From the IMG/VR virus record IMGVR_UViG_3300045257_000098: DNA of 20,000 nt. One strand, written 5' to 3'. Below, piece by piece: positions 1-8,259 of the stretch; the first letter of the stretch is position 1; every line of letters begins with the position of its first letter. This DNA is from an uncultured virus (IMG/VR IMGVR_UViG_3300045257_000098). Lineage: Duplodnaviria > Heunggongvirae > Uroviricota > Caudoviricetes. The notes under the pieces are model-generated. The model was not told where the DNA came from, made no database searches, and was given only the letters and a program-made list of their open reading frames with translations. The position numbers were made by a program, and so were the translations under genes.

Positions 1-504
1 GAACTCCACTCCTGGGCCGTCTTTGGGGATGTAGCGGCGGCTGGCGTGCCGATGGTCCTACACTTGGTCGAGATTGGAACAACTAGAAACGGTCATCGCC
101 ACTCGCCATGGTGCCGGATCTACAAGCATCCCGCCATCCCCGGGCGATACAAATTCAGGAGCGTCCAAGGGCGCAAACTGGCTGGCGGATGGGAGCCCAA
201 GTGGCTCTCGCAGATGCGAGATTTTGACATTAGCCTGTGGGTGGACCTGATGGATCATGACGAACTTCAACTGGTGCAGCACTTCCAGGTGAAACAACCG
301 CCCACAGAGGCCGTGGAGCGGTGGAAACTCCAACTGAAAGAGGAGGTCCGCTGGATGGACCCGGGAACTAATCCATTCATGATCCTGGGACGCCGTGGAA
401 GCTGCGACTGGCCTGTGATATGCCCGTGGCAGTGGTGCTGCTTTTCTCCGGAGCCATATAAACTGGAACGGTTCGGAGATTTAGGGTGTACAATCGCGTC
501 ATGA
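1..504 (+). CDS. Hypothetical protein, 5'-truncated by the window edge
   Basis: Frame 1 is open from base 1 to TGA at 502-504; the stop overlaps the ATG of the next gene (ATGA). Confidence 0.55.
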   Translation, partial: ELHSWAVFGDVAAAGVPMVLHLVEIGTTRNGHRHSPWCRIYKHPAIPGRYKFRSVQGRKLAGGWEPKWLSQMRDFDISLWVDLMDHDELQLVQHFQVKQPPTEAVERWKLQLKEEVRWMDPGTNPFMILGRRGSCDWPVICPWQWCCFSPEPYKLERFGDLGCTIAS

Positions 505-911
505 TCGGCCGTTTTTCTGCCTTAGTTGGGATCGTGACGCTCTCTGCTATTGCACTTTCGCAAGTAGTGGCACCCAAACCCGCTGCCAAGTCCACCGGTC
601 CAATCAGAGCGCTCGTCACACCCCACTCCAACGCTTTAAGTTGGTTAGCTGGGGTAGGCGGTGATCCAGCACAGGGATTTCACGTTTGGAAATCTTCTAC
701 AAGCGGTGCTTATGGATCCACGCCGCTAGCTGCCACATCAGCGACCACGTTAACCTACACCGATCTAGCCGTGGTCGCAGGCCAGACAAACTACTACGTC
801 ATAACGGCGTACAACATGACAGGAGATTCGGCGCCAAGTAACCAAGTTACTTGCGTCACGCCCTTTCAAATCCCACCCCCGCCGACAGGGTTGTCTGGCG
901 CAGTGAACTAA
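501..911 (+). CDS. Exported fibronectin type III-like domain protein
   Basis: Signal peptide-like MIGRFSALVGIVTLSAIALS; FN3-style pattern ALSW...GFHVWK...YTD..V..GQTNYYVITAYN..GDS.PSNQV. Start moved to ATG 501 (ATGA overlap). Confidence 0.75.
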   Translation: MIGRFSALVGIVTLSAIALSQVVAPKPAAKSTGPIRALVTPHSNALSWLAGVGGDPAQGFHVWKSSTSGAYGSTPLAATSATTLTYTDLAVVAGQTNYYVITAYNMTGDSAPSNQVTCVTPFQIPPPPTGLSGAVN

Positions 912-1739
912 ATGAGAAGTCGCATAGCCGCCACAATAATGGCCGTGACGTTTGCTGCAATAGCAACGATGGCTCAGGGATTAACCCAAGAGGAGCAGTG
1001 GGCTACACAATTGGCTATTTACCACTCTCAGGATTGGCTCTCGTGGTGGCAGAAATCCCCACTCGATAACACGCTAACCGAACCATTTGAACCTGGCCCT
1101 AGGCCTCTGCTTGGACTGCCTATCTACTGGTCACCAGAGCCTAAACCGTCGGAGCCACCATTCGAACCTGAACAGCCACCGATCAGGGTCAACTTGGCAC
1201 AGATTACAACTGGGCCAAGGGCTATGGTCTCGCTCTCTCCTGGCCTGAATATCGGCCGAGGGGTCTGGTCATGGCGTGGCACGGCCTGCAACATGACAGA
1301 CGTGGCACAGCACGTGGACCAGGGAGACTTGGAACAGATCGCCAACGGCGCCGGCATCCCCACCATCGGCTATGGCGAGGCCTCGGTGAGCAATCAACTG
1401 TTCATCAACAAGTCCCGTCCTGTCGTAGGATCCCAGATCGTTCAGGGAGCTAGCGGACTCGGGACCGTGCTTATCGCCAGCCGGGTCATAGCGGCCAGCG
1501 GCGTATGGGGAGCAGCATTCGGTGGGGCTTTCTATGCGGCAGGAGAACTAGTAAAATACTTTAAGTCGGTGACGCCGGCTGATTTGGCCCAGAGGTTCGC
1601 AGGCACTACGATACTGGTGGATAATCTAACGGCTACCCTGGGGCCGAGGAGTGGCCCGAACCATTGCGCCAGTTGGGAGTTCTTTGCGCGGAACTCCGGC
1701 AAGAACGCCATCGCCAAGGCCGGGATACCGCTCTACTGA
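912..1739 (+). CDS. Exported/membrane hypothetical protein
   Basis: Signal peptide-like MRSRIAATIMAVTFAAIATMAQ; Pro/Glu-rich linker with EPFEP/PPFEP; Gly/Ala-rich hydrophobic segment near the C-terminus; abuts both neighbours. Confidence 0.7.
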   Translation: MRSRIAATIMAVTFAAIATMAQGLTQEEQWATQLAIYHSQDWLSWWQKSPLDNTLTEPFEPGPRPLLGLPIYWSPEPKPSEPPFEPEQPPIRVNLAQITTGPRAMVSLSPGLNIGRGVWSWRGTACNMTDVAQHVDQGDLEQIANGAGIPTIGYGEASVSNQLFINKSRPVVGSQIVQGASGLGTVLIASRVIAASGVWGAAFGGAFYAAGELVKYFKSVTPADLAQRFAGTTILVDNLTATLGPRSGPNHCASWEFFARNSGKNAIAKAGIPLY

Positions 1740-2053
1740 TGCGCTATAAACTGATCGAGGTTCCCGAAGATCCGCTTCACCCTAGATTCAACCTGTCTAC
1801 ATACTTAGCGGGGCACAAGACTTATCTGGTATTGGCGGTAAGCGCTGCCAAGGTTTGGTATGTAGCCACTTATGGACATCCGTGGAGCGACCAGGTGGAC
1901 AACGCCATCAACGATACGCTGGCACTGCTCGGAGTGGCCAGCCTGCGAAGTGCTCTCAAAAGTTCCACGGCACAGATATCGAATGCTGTAGTCAATCCCG
2001 CTAGTCCGGTGGCTAAGGCTGTGGCGGCGCAAGCGCAGCCGCCTCCTGCTTGA
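1739..2053 (+). CDS. Small membrane protein, possibly holin-like
   Basis: TGATG overlap gives start 1739 (MRYKLIEV...); LAGHKTYLVLAV...LALLGVASLRSALK resembles small two-helix phage holin-like proteins. Confidence 0.5.
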   Translation: MRYKLIEVPEDPLHPRFNLSTYLAGHKTYLVLAVSAAKVWYVATYGHPWSDQVDNAINDTLALLGVASLRSALKSSTAQISNAVVNPASPVAKAVAAQAQPPPA

Positions 2054-2273
2054 GCTTTAATCTGTCTTCCTGTAATTTTTCATTGATACAAGTAAGCATG
2101 TGTGAAATACCCTTTTGGTATTCCAGTCGCTTTTCCAGAGCCTCTTTAGCCGCGCTTAGATCTATTACTGCCTGAGCGAGAAGGGGAGCCACGGTTGCGA
2201 AATATCGCCCATCTGACGGATGATGATTCGGAATCTCTCGCGCAACGGTTAGGATATCAGAATCTTTTGGCAT
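2013..2273 (-). CDS. Hypothetical protein with coiled-coil C-terminus
   Basis: AAGGAG Shine-Dalgarno before ATG 2273 (MPKDSD...); converges on and overlaps the plus-strand gene by 41 bp. Confidence 0.55.
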   Translation of the reverse strand: MPKDSDILTVAREIPNHHPSDGRYFATVAPLLAQAVIDLSAAKEALEKRLEYQKGISHMLTCINEKLQEDRLKLKQEAAALAPPQP

Positions 2274-2352
2274 CGCTTGGCTCCTTTGCGAGTGCGGCGC
2301 GGGCTTCGTCATTTATACCCTACATACCAGTGAGTCCTTAACTTTGGCTTGG

Positions 2353-2535
2353 TCATTTGCCCAGTTCTTCCAGCCGCACGGCGGTCACCCAACATTCGCA
2401 ACGCGGGCACTCAAACCCACCAGCCGCCAAAATCTTTGGCGCCCATAGATTATCGTATCCGCAACGCGGGCACTGGATCTTATTTGCTGAATACTCGCCA
2501 TAGAACGACCCATCTGCTTGTTTACCTGGGGTCAC
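2353..2535 (-). CDS. Small zinc-ribbon protein (two CPRC knuckles)
   Basis: AAGGAGG SD plus GTGA overlap with the upstream stop; CPRC-x17-CPRC. Confidence 0.7.
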   Translation of the reverse strand: MTPGKQADGSFYGEYSANKIQCPRCGYDNLWAPKILAAGGFECPRCECWVTAVRLEELGK

Positions 2536-2858
2536 TTTGCAACCTCCTTCAGTTCCTCCAGCCGCTTGCGGAGAAACTGTTCGTGTTTTGCCCACCAATC
2601 CGGTAAGTTATCTTGGCTGACAAACACATTCTTCAGGTTCTCCATCTCTTCTGCCTTACCTTCCCACCTAGCGCGTTCGAGGGCTTGGGCGATCTTGACG
2701 GAGCACCACCCGTTATCAAATTCGGCTCGATTTAGTGGCCCGCAATTTACACAGTGATCTACTACAGACCATGGATCTTTTGACCCCTTACGCTCATGCC
2801 CCCAGTCCGTCTCCCGCGCCAGCTTATCGTAGTCCACGCCCGCCTTCGGTGCGCTCAT
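2532..2858 (-). CDS. Hypothetical phage protein
   Basis: ORF MSAPKAG...ELKEVAK coupled to the downstream gene; start could alternatively be 2897. Confidence 0.6.
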   Translation of the reverse strand: MSAPKAGVDYDKLARETDWGHERKGSKDPWSVVDHCVNCGPLNRAEFDNGWCSVKIAQALERARWEGKAEEMENLKNVFVSQDNLPDWWAKHEQFLRKRLEELKEVAK

Positions 2859-2886
2859 GCCGTCCCTTTTCTCGCCCCGCGATACG

Positions 2887-3309
2887 TTATGAGGCATGGT
2901 AGAAGCGAATCGCCCCCAATTGAATCGTTAAGTTGTATAGCGAGAACCACGATTGATTAGCCCGCACCTCTTCCAACATAGCCGGTGGGAAACTCTCGTA
3001 GAAGATCGCTCCTCCAGTTGGATCGGTGCCGGGATTTTCCACCACGTCGCAGCACTCGATCCAAGCCTGCCAGTCCTGAGGCTGTGACCTCCGGGGAAAC
3101 TTCCAGGAATTGGGGTCTGTGACCGACATAGAGGAGAACTGATGAGGAGCCAGCACCACATCCTCAATGCCGCGCATTGCGGCCCCGTCAGCGAATCGGT
3201 TGCGGATTACCCATGCTACCCCCTGCTTTGCTGCTCTGGACTCGCCACGGGCCTCTCTCCACACGCAGAGGGCCATCATGAAATTGCCGTAATCGTCGAT
3301 CAGGCTCAC
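2887..3309 (-). CDS. Cell wall hydrolase, SleB/CwlJ (Hydrolase_2) family; candidate endolysin
   Basis: Motifs ALCVWREARGE, VAWVIRNR, V...HQFS, DPTGGAIFY; GTG start overlaps the upstream TGA, with a GAGG SD. Confidence 0.85.
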   Translation of the reverse strand: MSLIDDYGNFMMALCVWREARGESRAAKQGVAWVIRNRFADGAAMRGIEDVVLAPHQFSSMSVTDPNSWKFPRRSQPQDWQAWIECCDVVENPGTDPTGGAIFYESFPPAMLEEVRANQSWFSLYNLTIQLGAIRFYHAS

Positions 3310-3515
3310 TTGGTTTTCCTCTTTCGTCCCATCGCCAGTTCCTTCTCTCGCTCTTTGCGGATGCGGTACGGACTCCATACCGGCAGCTCATGATCCCGTA
3401 TCCATCGGCTCCGCATCCGCTCCAGCCGCCTATGTTCCTGCGCCGCTCTCTGCTTCCATCTCCGCTGATGCAGCCGATGCTTGACCGCAGACGGCCATTG
3501 GGATGCCCATGCCAT
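3306..3515 (-). CDS. Small basic hypothetical protein
   Basis: Fills the gap between its neighbours exactly; Arg/Lys-rich. Confidence 0.5.
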   Translation of the reverse strand: MAWASQWPSAVKHRLHQRRWKQRAAQEHRRLERMRSRWIRDHELPVWSPYRIRKEREKELAMGRKRKTK

Positions 3516-3518
3516 TAC

Positions 3519-3815
3519 TTAGTCCCCCCTGACATATTTCTCCAACTGTTTCTGTGCCATACGCTTGTCGATATTTTCAGATAAGCATGCGCCGTCTCCT
3601 AGACATACCGCCCACGGATTTTTATTCAAATGGAAAATGTCACCCAAAACTTTCCCATTTACCGGGCAGTAATACACCATTTCTTCACCATCAGGAAGAT
3701 ACGGGACTACTATCCATACAGGTTCCTGGCCACAGGTGTCTCCTTGCAGTCTCCTTGAACAAGCCAGCAGAAACATTGAGATCAGAATCCCGCTCAGGAT
3801 GCCAGGCTTACTCAT
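3519..3815 (-). CDS. Putative lipoprotein
   Basis: MSK + hydrophobic stretch + lipobox-like LLAC; AAGGAG SD upstream. Confidence 0.6.
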   Translation of the reverse strand: MSKPGILSGILISMFLLACSRRLQGDTCGQEPVWIVVPYLPDGEEMVYYCPVNGKVLGDIFHLNKNPWAVCLGDGACLSENIDKRMAQKQLEKYVRGD

Positions 3816-3827
3816 GCGTTCTCCTTC

Positions 3828-4175
3828 TTATTCTCCAGCCAACGCCCTATACTGCCGCACCATGTCGTCAAAGTCCACAGCCGTCATGTTCACAGGCCAA
3901 TAATAGTTGTTCAGCTCGTCCAGCTCGGCGGAGTTCAACTGGTGCCCCTTCGGATATAGCGGGCGGACAACGGTGAACCCGTTACCAACGTAAGTAAAGG
4001 TGCCGAATCCACCTACACCATGTTCCAGCGTGAGATTGCCCCTAGCCACAGGCTTCTGTGGCTGGTCTGGAACAAACGCTGCCGTGGCTTTCATGTCCGA
4101 GTCGGAAGTGGTTTGGGCAGCCATCCACAGAAGACTGGCACCCGTGAGGGTAAAGATCGCGATAAGTGTTTTCAT
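3828..4175 (-). CDS. Exported hypothetical protein
   Basis: AGGAG SD before ATG 4175; signal peptide-like MKTLIAIFTLTGASLLWMAAQ. Confidence 0.65.
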   Translation of the reverse strand: MKTLIAIFTLTGASLLWMAAQTTSDSDMKATAAFVPDQPQKPVARGNLTLEHGVGGFGTFTYVGNGFTVVRPLYPKGHQLNSAELDELNNYYWPVNMTAVDFDDMVRQYRALAGE

Positions 4176-4185
4176 TTTCATTCTC

Positions 4186-4980
4186 CTACGGGCAATATAC
4201 ATGCCAGCTATACGCAGATTGCAGAGTCCCACCCCCGATTGGTGAAGTTTCATTCGGCCCACACATGCCATTCAGGCCGTTGAGCATGACGTTCCTGGCG
4301 GTTGTGTTCGTGGTGCTAGGGTTCTTCATGTCAAACTCAAGCCCATCCGGGTGTGCCTCGGTACTGGTGTTTGGCACCCAACTTCCCGGAGGACTCACGT
4401 CTAAGTCTCCGCCCCAAGGTATGGACATGCGAATTAAAGCTACACCACCAAGGACTGTGGACCATCCGGATTGATACCAAATGTCCGCAAGCCCATGAAT
4501 CGCTATGTTCACATGTCCTTGCGCATACAAATGAAGGTTGCTGTGCCCAGAATCTGGAAAGGTAGATAGCGGCGCCATTCCTGGAACAGTGGTAATGGCT
4601 TGCATTCCGCCGACCAATGCGTTGACTGTGACCCGCGCGACCACTCCACCACCGGAAAAGTACACCGTGTATACTCCAGCGAAATACGGAACCAAGCAAT
4701 TTGCCCGCGCGCATCCATCCCCACCCGTAACGCCAGTGGTCGAATACAGCGTGATGTTCGGCGCGGTTCCACCAGAATGGTAGTGGTAGCCTGATGGCGT
4801 GCCGCGTGCACCTAGCGTGAATGTGACAGGCACGCCAGTGGCAGGCCTGCCGTTGCCGTATGTCAAGCATCCAGTTATATTCCCGCCTGTACCGGGGATG
4901 ACGTTGATTGTGGAATCGGTCGCAAGCAGACACAACGTAGCTTGCGAAAAAAGAAGTAGCGTGAACAGCGTTTTATTCAT
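4186..4980 (-). CDS. Exported protein: Ig-like N-terminal domain plus putative LAS-type (MepA-like) Zn murein peptidase domain
   Basis: Signal peptide; beta-rich G.PA.GVPVTFT...G.T..DG...GVYTV region; C-terminal MSIPWGG...AHPDGLEFD (H-x6-D) and SWHVY. Confidence 0.55.
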   Translation of the reverse strand: MNKTLFTLLLFSQATLCLLATDSTINVIPGTGGNITGCLTYGNGRPATGVPVTFTLGARGTPSGYHYHSGGTAPNITLYSTTGVTGGDGCARANCLVPYFAGVYTVYFSGGGVVARVTVNALVGGMQAITTVPGMAPLSTFPDSGHSNLHLYAQGHVNIAIHGLADIWYQSGWSTVLGGVALIRMSIPWGGDLDVSPPGSWVPNTSTEAHPDGLEFDMKNPSTTNTTARNVMLNGLNGMCGPNETSPIGGGTLQSAYSWHVYCP

Positions 4981-5070
4981 TCTTTCCTTTCAATCGCGTA
5001 CACTTTTAGACATAAATCTGCCTTGGGCTCTTCTCTCGGCCTTCCCATTGGGGTATACTCTATAGCTGAG

Positions 5071-5272
5071 GGTGTTCAGTGGTTCTGGTTCTAGCCTGAG
5101 CCAATTAAGCTAGAACCTCAAGGTCTTTACCCTGGGTCTGGACCCCAGGAGCCTCCGCTCACCGTGGCAGCACGGCTGGGTCTCCACTGAACACCATCAA
5201 CAACTCGTTGCTCCTCCGTCCCAAGTAACGCTCGTGACAAAGCTGAGGAGCGCTGTGCGAGACTCCCACAGC
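5071..5272. ncRNA. Candidate structured non-coding element (multibranch fold)
   Basis: 12-bp stem 5071-5082/5184-5195 encloses hairpins 5087-5095/5109-5117, 5131-5136/5144-5149 and 5162-5166/5171-5175; further stems at 5210-5216/5245-5251 and 5252-5257/5267-5272. Confidence 0.5.
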
Positions 5273-5274
5273 AG

Positions 5275-5667
5275 CTATCGTGCATTTTTCCTTCTCCACT
5301 GATCTGCATCTGGCCCCGCTGATACTGTAGGGGACGCTGGAGAAGTCAAATACTCGCCGTCTTCTGTGATTTCTTTTCGTGCCTGAAAGTTCGTGCCGAG
5401 CAGTTCAAATTCTCCGCTATAAGCCAGAACATCGTTCCACCTATAGCCATTCAGCCACGTAGCGGCGTGTGGACGGAAATCTGGCTTGCGTTTCATCATG
5501 TGGCAGTACTGTAATCGGAGGCCATCCATGATCTCGGAGAAAATTTCCTCCGAACGCACGATCTTCAGCCAGGCCTTGAAAGCGTCCTTCTTGGCCACTT
5601 TGCGCCAGTATATGGTCCAGAACAGGTAGAACCACTCAACTTTTACTTCAATCGGAATATCGTTCAT
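5275..5667 (-). CDS. Phage replication-initiator C-terminal-type domain protein (stand-alone)
   Basis: F..FW..YWRKVAKKDAFKAW.K ... FRPHAATWLNGYRWND matches the conserved C-terminal block of many phage replication proteins; GAGGAG SD before ATG 5667. Confidence 0.75.
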   Translation of the reverse strand: MNDIPIEVKVEWFYLFWTIYWRKVAKKDAFKAWLKIVRSEEIFSEIMDGLRLQYCHMMKRKPDFRPHAATWLNGYRWNDVLAYSGEFELLGTNFQARKEITEDGEYLTSPASPTVSAGPDADQWRRKNAR

Positions 5668-5689
5668 AGCGCGCTCCTCTATAACGCGA

Positions 5690-5734
5690 TTGGGCTGGTG
5701 CTGGGATAGAGGCCCAGCACCGTAGACCGCCCAA
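5690..5734 (-). promoter_or_regulatory. Strong hairpin in the 5' leader of the replication gene
   Basis: GGTGCTGGG 5697-5705 pairs with CCCAGCACC 5713-5721; TTGGGC 5690-5695 pairs with GCCCAA 5729-5734. Confidence 0.5.
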
Positions 5735-5780
5735 ATCTCTGGCACAACGGAGGATCAGTCCGACTACATGCACCGCAGAT

Positions 5781-5809
5781 ATAGTAACTCTACTACGTGC
5801 GTGAATCAA
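5781..5809 (-). promoter_or_regulatory. Sigma70-like promoter for the replication gene
   Basis: Minus strand TTGATT-N17-TACTAT in an intergenic gap. Confidence 0.6.
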
Positions 5810-5827
5810 GATAAATTTCCACGAGGT

Positions 5828-6265
5828 TCATTTAACCCCAAACGACAGCCGCACGAACCCGGCAAAGTTGACATATTTATCAAACCATTCCGCTACCAGT
5901 CCGCGCGCTCTCATCTCAGCCATGAATTTGATCTGAGCGGCACTGGGTTTTTTGCCCTCTCCCTTGAACTCTGCCATAAAAACCAGTGCACTTCCTGTAG
6001 CTTGTACCGACCATTGCGTCCGCAGAAATAGCCAGTCGCACATGCCCTTCTCGCCAATGGTCATGGCTACACTGCCATCCCGGCGCCGCATCAGGCCTCG
6101 CTGGAGCCGGATCGCCTTCCAGCCGTGGGCTTCCATCAGTTGCACGCACTGTTTGGTGACATCGGCTTCTTTGAGCCTAGATTTCACGCGCGATTTCATT
6201 GGATGTGGACGGCGTACCATTGCGCCGTTTAGCTTGCGGTATTGGGATTCGGTGAGGCGGATCAT
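5828..6265 (-). CDS. VRR-NUC domain nuclease (PD-(D/E)xK; resolvase-like)
   Basis: E..V...C...M...GW, GEKGMCDWLF, AEFKGEGKKPSAAQ..F...M...G. Confidence 0.8.
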   Translation of the reverse strand: MIRLTESQYRKLNGAMVRRPHPMKSRVKSRLKEADVTKQCVQLMEAHGWKAIRLQRGLMRRRDGSVAMTIGEKGMCDWLFLRTQWSVQATGSALVFMAEFKGEGKKPSAAQIKFMAEMRARGLVAEWFDKYVNFAGFVRLSFGVK

Positions 6266-6471
6266 TTTGATTTTTCCGGCCCTTGATTCATCGCGGGAAC
6301 ATTCTTGAAGACATCAGAGGCCATACCTCTGTGTTTGCGGCCTTTACTTATTTTTCTGACGGATTGCGCTCCGGAAATAACTGTTCCATTATCGGCAATG
6401 CGCAATCCGCGCCTACATTCCTGGCCCCACTCGCTAATCGGCTTGATGCCGGTCTCTGGATCAACGCTCAT
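6262..6471 (-). CDS. Hypothetical protein
   Basis: ATGA-coupled on both sides. Confidence 0.55.
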   Translation of the reverse strand: MSVDPETGIKPISEWGQECRRGLRIADNGTVISGAQSVRKISKGRKHRGMASDVFKNVPAMNQGPEKSK

Positions 6472-6608
6472 TTACTCATTCCGTATTCGCGGTCAATTTC
6501 TTCGCGTGTCGCCCGAAATTCGCCCATGCCGTCACAGATCGGGCAATCCCGATCCGGTTCCAGTTCGCAGTAGGGGCACTTAACAGTTACAGTCATTAGC
6601 TCACTCAT
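6468..6608 (-). CDS. Small zinc-finger protein (CPYC...CPICDGMG)
   Basis: ATGA overlap at 6605-6608 gives a 46-aa protein with a CxxCxGxG motif. Confidence 0.65.
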   Translation of the reverse strand: MSELMTVTVKCPYCELEPDRDCPICDGMGEFRATREEIDREYGMSK

Positions 6609-6979
6609 AGCCCCTTCCATTTGCGCCAGCGTTCCAGTACAAAAGCTTTGGCTTCTGGGCCAAGCTTCATGAAACATGGGCTGGCCGTTGTCAGTCGGTC
6701 GAATGCGTACTCTTGCATCTCTTCCCAGAGTTTCCCGTAGTACCATGAATTTCCGCAAGTGAATACGTCCCGTATATCGACACAAATAGAACAGGTATCG
6801 TATTTCTGAAATTCGCCGTCGTACTTCCCGATGACGTGCTCGTACACGGCTCTTAGCGGAATCTCCATCCCGCACTCGCAGCACTTATGCGGCTTGCGGG
6901 CCTTGCGCTTATCGACGTGGAAAAAGTCAAACGACTCGTCGAGAGAGTCGGTGCCGATACAAACATCACAATCGCTCAT
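6605..6979 (-). CDS. Cys-rich phage protein (ARK.HKC.EC type)
   Basis: RKARKPHKCCECG..I....YE...G..DGEF..Y.TC..C; GAGG SD and ATGA overlap. Confidence 0.75.
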   Translation of the reverse strand: MSDCDVCIGTDSLDESFDFFHVDKRKARKPHKCCECGMEIPLRAVYEHVIGKYDGEFQKYDTCSICVDIRDVFTCGNSWYYGKLWEEMQEYAFDRLTTASPCFMKLGPEAKAFVLERWRKWKGL

Positions 6980-7287
6980 AGCAACCTCAACTGTTCCGCC
7001 CCGCCCCGCCGCTCGACCCACACCGTCGCATTCCTTCCCGCCTTCGTCTTCCGCATCATCCCCGAATCCATCACCAGCTTGCGATTCACGAGCTCGACGC
7101 GCCGGGGCCGCTGGGTGCTGGGATTCATTTGAAAGTAGTCTTGTATTTCCTCATCAGTAGCCCCATATTCCTTGGTCGCCACGATGAATCGGAACACCTG
7201 GGAGCGGAGCGTGGAGGCGCTGGACTCGGCCTCTATCGCGGCCTGATGGCTGGTGGAGGAGTGGGATTGATAGGGGAGCGTGGTCAT
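6976..7287 (-). CDS. Winged helix-turn-helix phage protein
   Basis: TS..AA...GATDEE...STQRPRRVELV...V.DSG..R.TKAGRNATVW; ATGA overlaps. Confidence 0.75.
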   Translation of the reverse strand: MTTLPYQSHSSTSHQAAIEAESSASTLRSQVFRFIVATKEYGATDEEIQDYFQMNPSTQRPRRVELVNRKLVMDSGMMRKTKAGRNATVWVERRGGAEQLRLL

Positions 7288-7697
7288 GCGCCATCCATTC
7301 TTCCCATATGCTCGCAAACATAAAGTACCTTGTGCCCCGCCACCGGAACGCCTTTTTTCCGGAGGTGGTTAAGACTTTTGCAATGCACCCTGAAAACTTT
7401 GTCCGCATCGCAGGGATAGCCACGGTTCTCTTCTGGTTCGGTATACACCGCAACGCGCACTGGAAGGAACTCCCGGATTGCCCGGATTCCCTTCATATTC
7501 TTTGTCTTAATTTTCGGGCACGGTTGCTCGATTATGAAATGCCGCGTTTCTCTTGTGTTCACCTTGTTCCTCCATGACGCGGGCAGTATCCACCGCCAGT
7601 GGGCCACAGGCATTTCGGGTGCGGGCAATACCGCTCCGGGTGCTTGCGTTTGTTCTCGGATACTTTGGCGGCCACTTGGTTGCGAGTCATGATACAA
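7284..7697 (-). CDS. Hypothetical protein
   Basis: ORF overlaps both neighbours in operon fashion; start uncertain. Confidence 0.5.
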   Translation of the reverse strand: MYHDSQPSGRQSIREQTQAPGAVLPAPEMPVAHWRWILPASWRNKVNTRETRHFIIEQPCPKIKTKNMKGIRAIREFLPVRVAVYTEPEENRGYPCDADKVFRVHCKSLNHLRKKGVPVAGHKVLYVCEHMGRMDGA

Positions 7698-7941
7698 GTT
7701 CCACCTGGTAGTAAAAATATGAGGTTCCGGTGTAATCCATGCGCATTTCTGGGTCGAACTTATTTAGCCCTTTTTCGAGATCGTAACGAGAGGGACGCGT
7801 GTTTTCGATCTCTCTGGCCCTAGCAGAGCATTTGGCAATGTATTTCTCGGACAACTCTTTATTAAGAAATGCTTTAACCGGCCAATAATCTTTATCCGAA
7901 TATTCCCCCGTGGATCCCATGACTACATAGATGGTGTTCAT
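7687..7941 (-). CDS. Conserved-looking hypothetical phage protein
   Basis: IYVVMGSTGEYSDKDYW.V.AF pattern, typical of small phage proteins. Confidence 0.7.
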   Translation of the reverse strand: MNTIYVVMGSTGEYSDKDYWPVKAFLNKELSEKYIAKCSARAREIENTRPSRYDLEKGLNKFDPEMRMDYTGTSYFYYQVELVS

Positions 7942-8166
7942 CTAGTTTCTACGCTCCACTGCCGCTATAATCCCGGCCGAAATCTCACATAGAATTTCTA
8001 TTTCACACCGACTTGGTGGCGTATCCATGGGATAGACGGATAAGTTGGGCAATTCGCCAATTATCACGACCCATTTGCCATCGTATTCCAGGATTTGCAC
8101 GAGGATATCGTTGATGCGCTCGGATATGACGAGATGGCTAATTTGCGCTCCAATTGAGCCCCGCAA
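7942..8166 (-). CDS. Hypothetical protein
   Basis: Abuts the downstream gene; start uncertain. Confidence 0.4.
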   Translation of the reverse strand: MRGSIGAQISHLVISERINDILVQILEYDGKWVVIIGELPNLSVYPMDTPPSRCEIEILCEISAGIIAAVERRN

Positions 8167-8259
8167 ACTTATCGTCGTTACCCTCCCCAGGGAATTACCG
8201 CCGATACCTTTCTGCGAGGCCCAATTCGAGGCCCACCACCTGCGCAGTGGGCCGCTTCC

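Noticed and set aside
5071..5195. tRNA gene
   Set aside because: Four-way fold, but 125 nt long with a 12-bp closing stem and no proper T-loop, D-loop or CCA arrangement.
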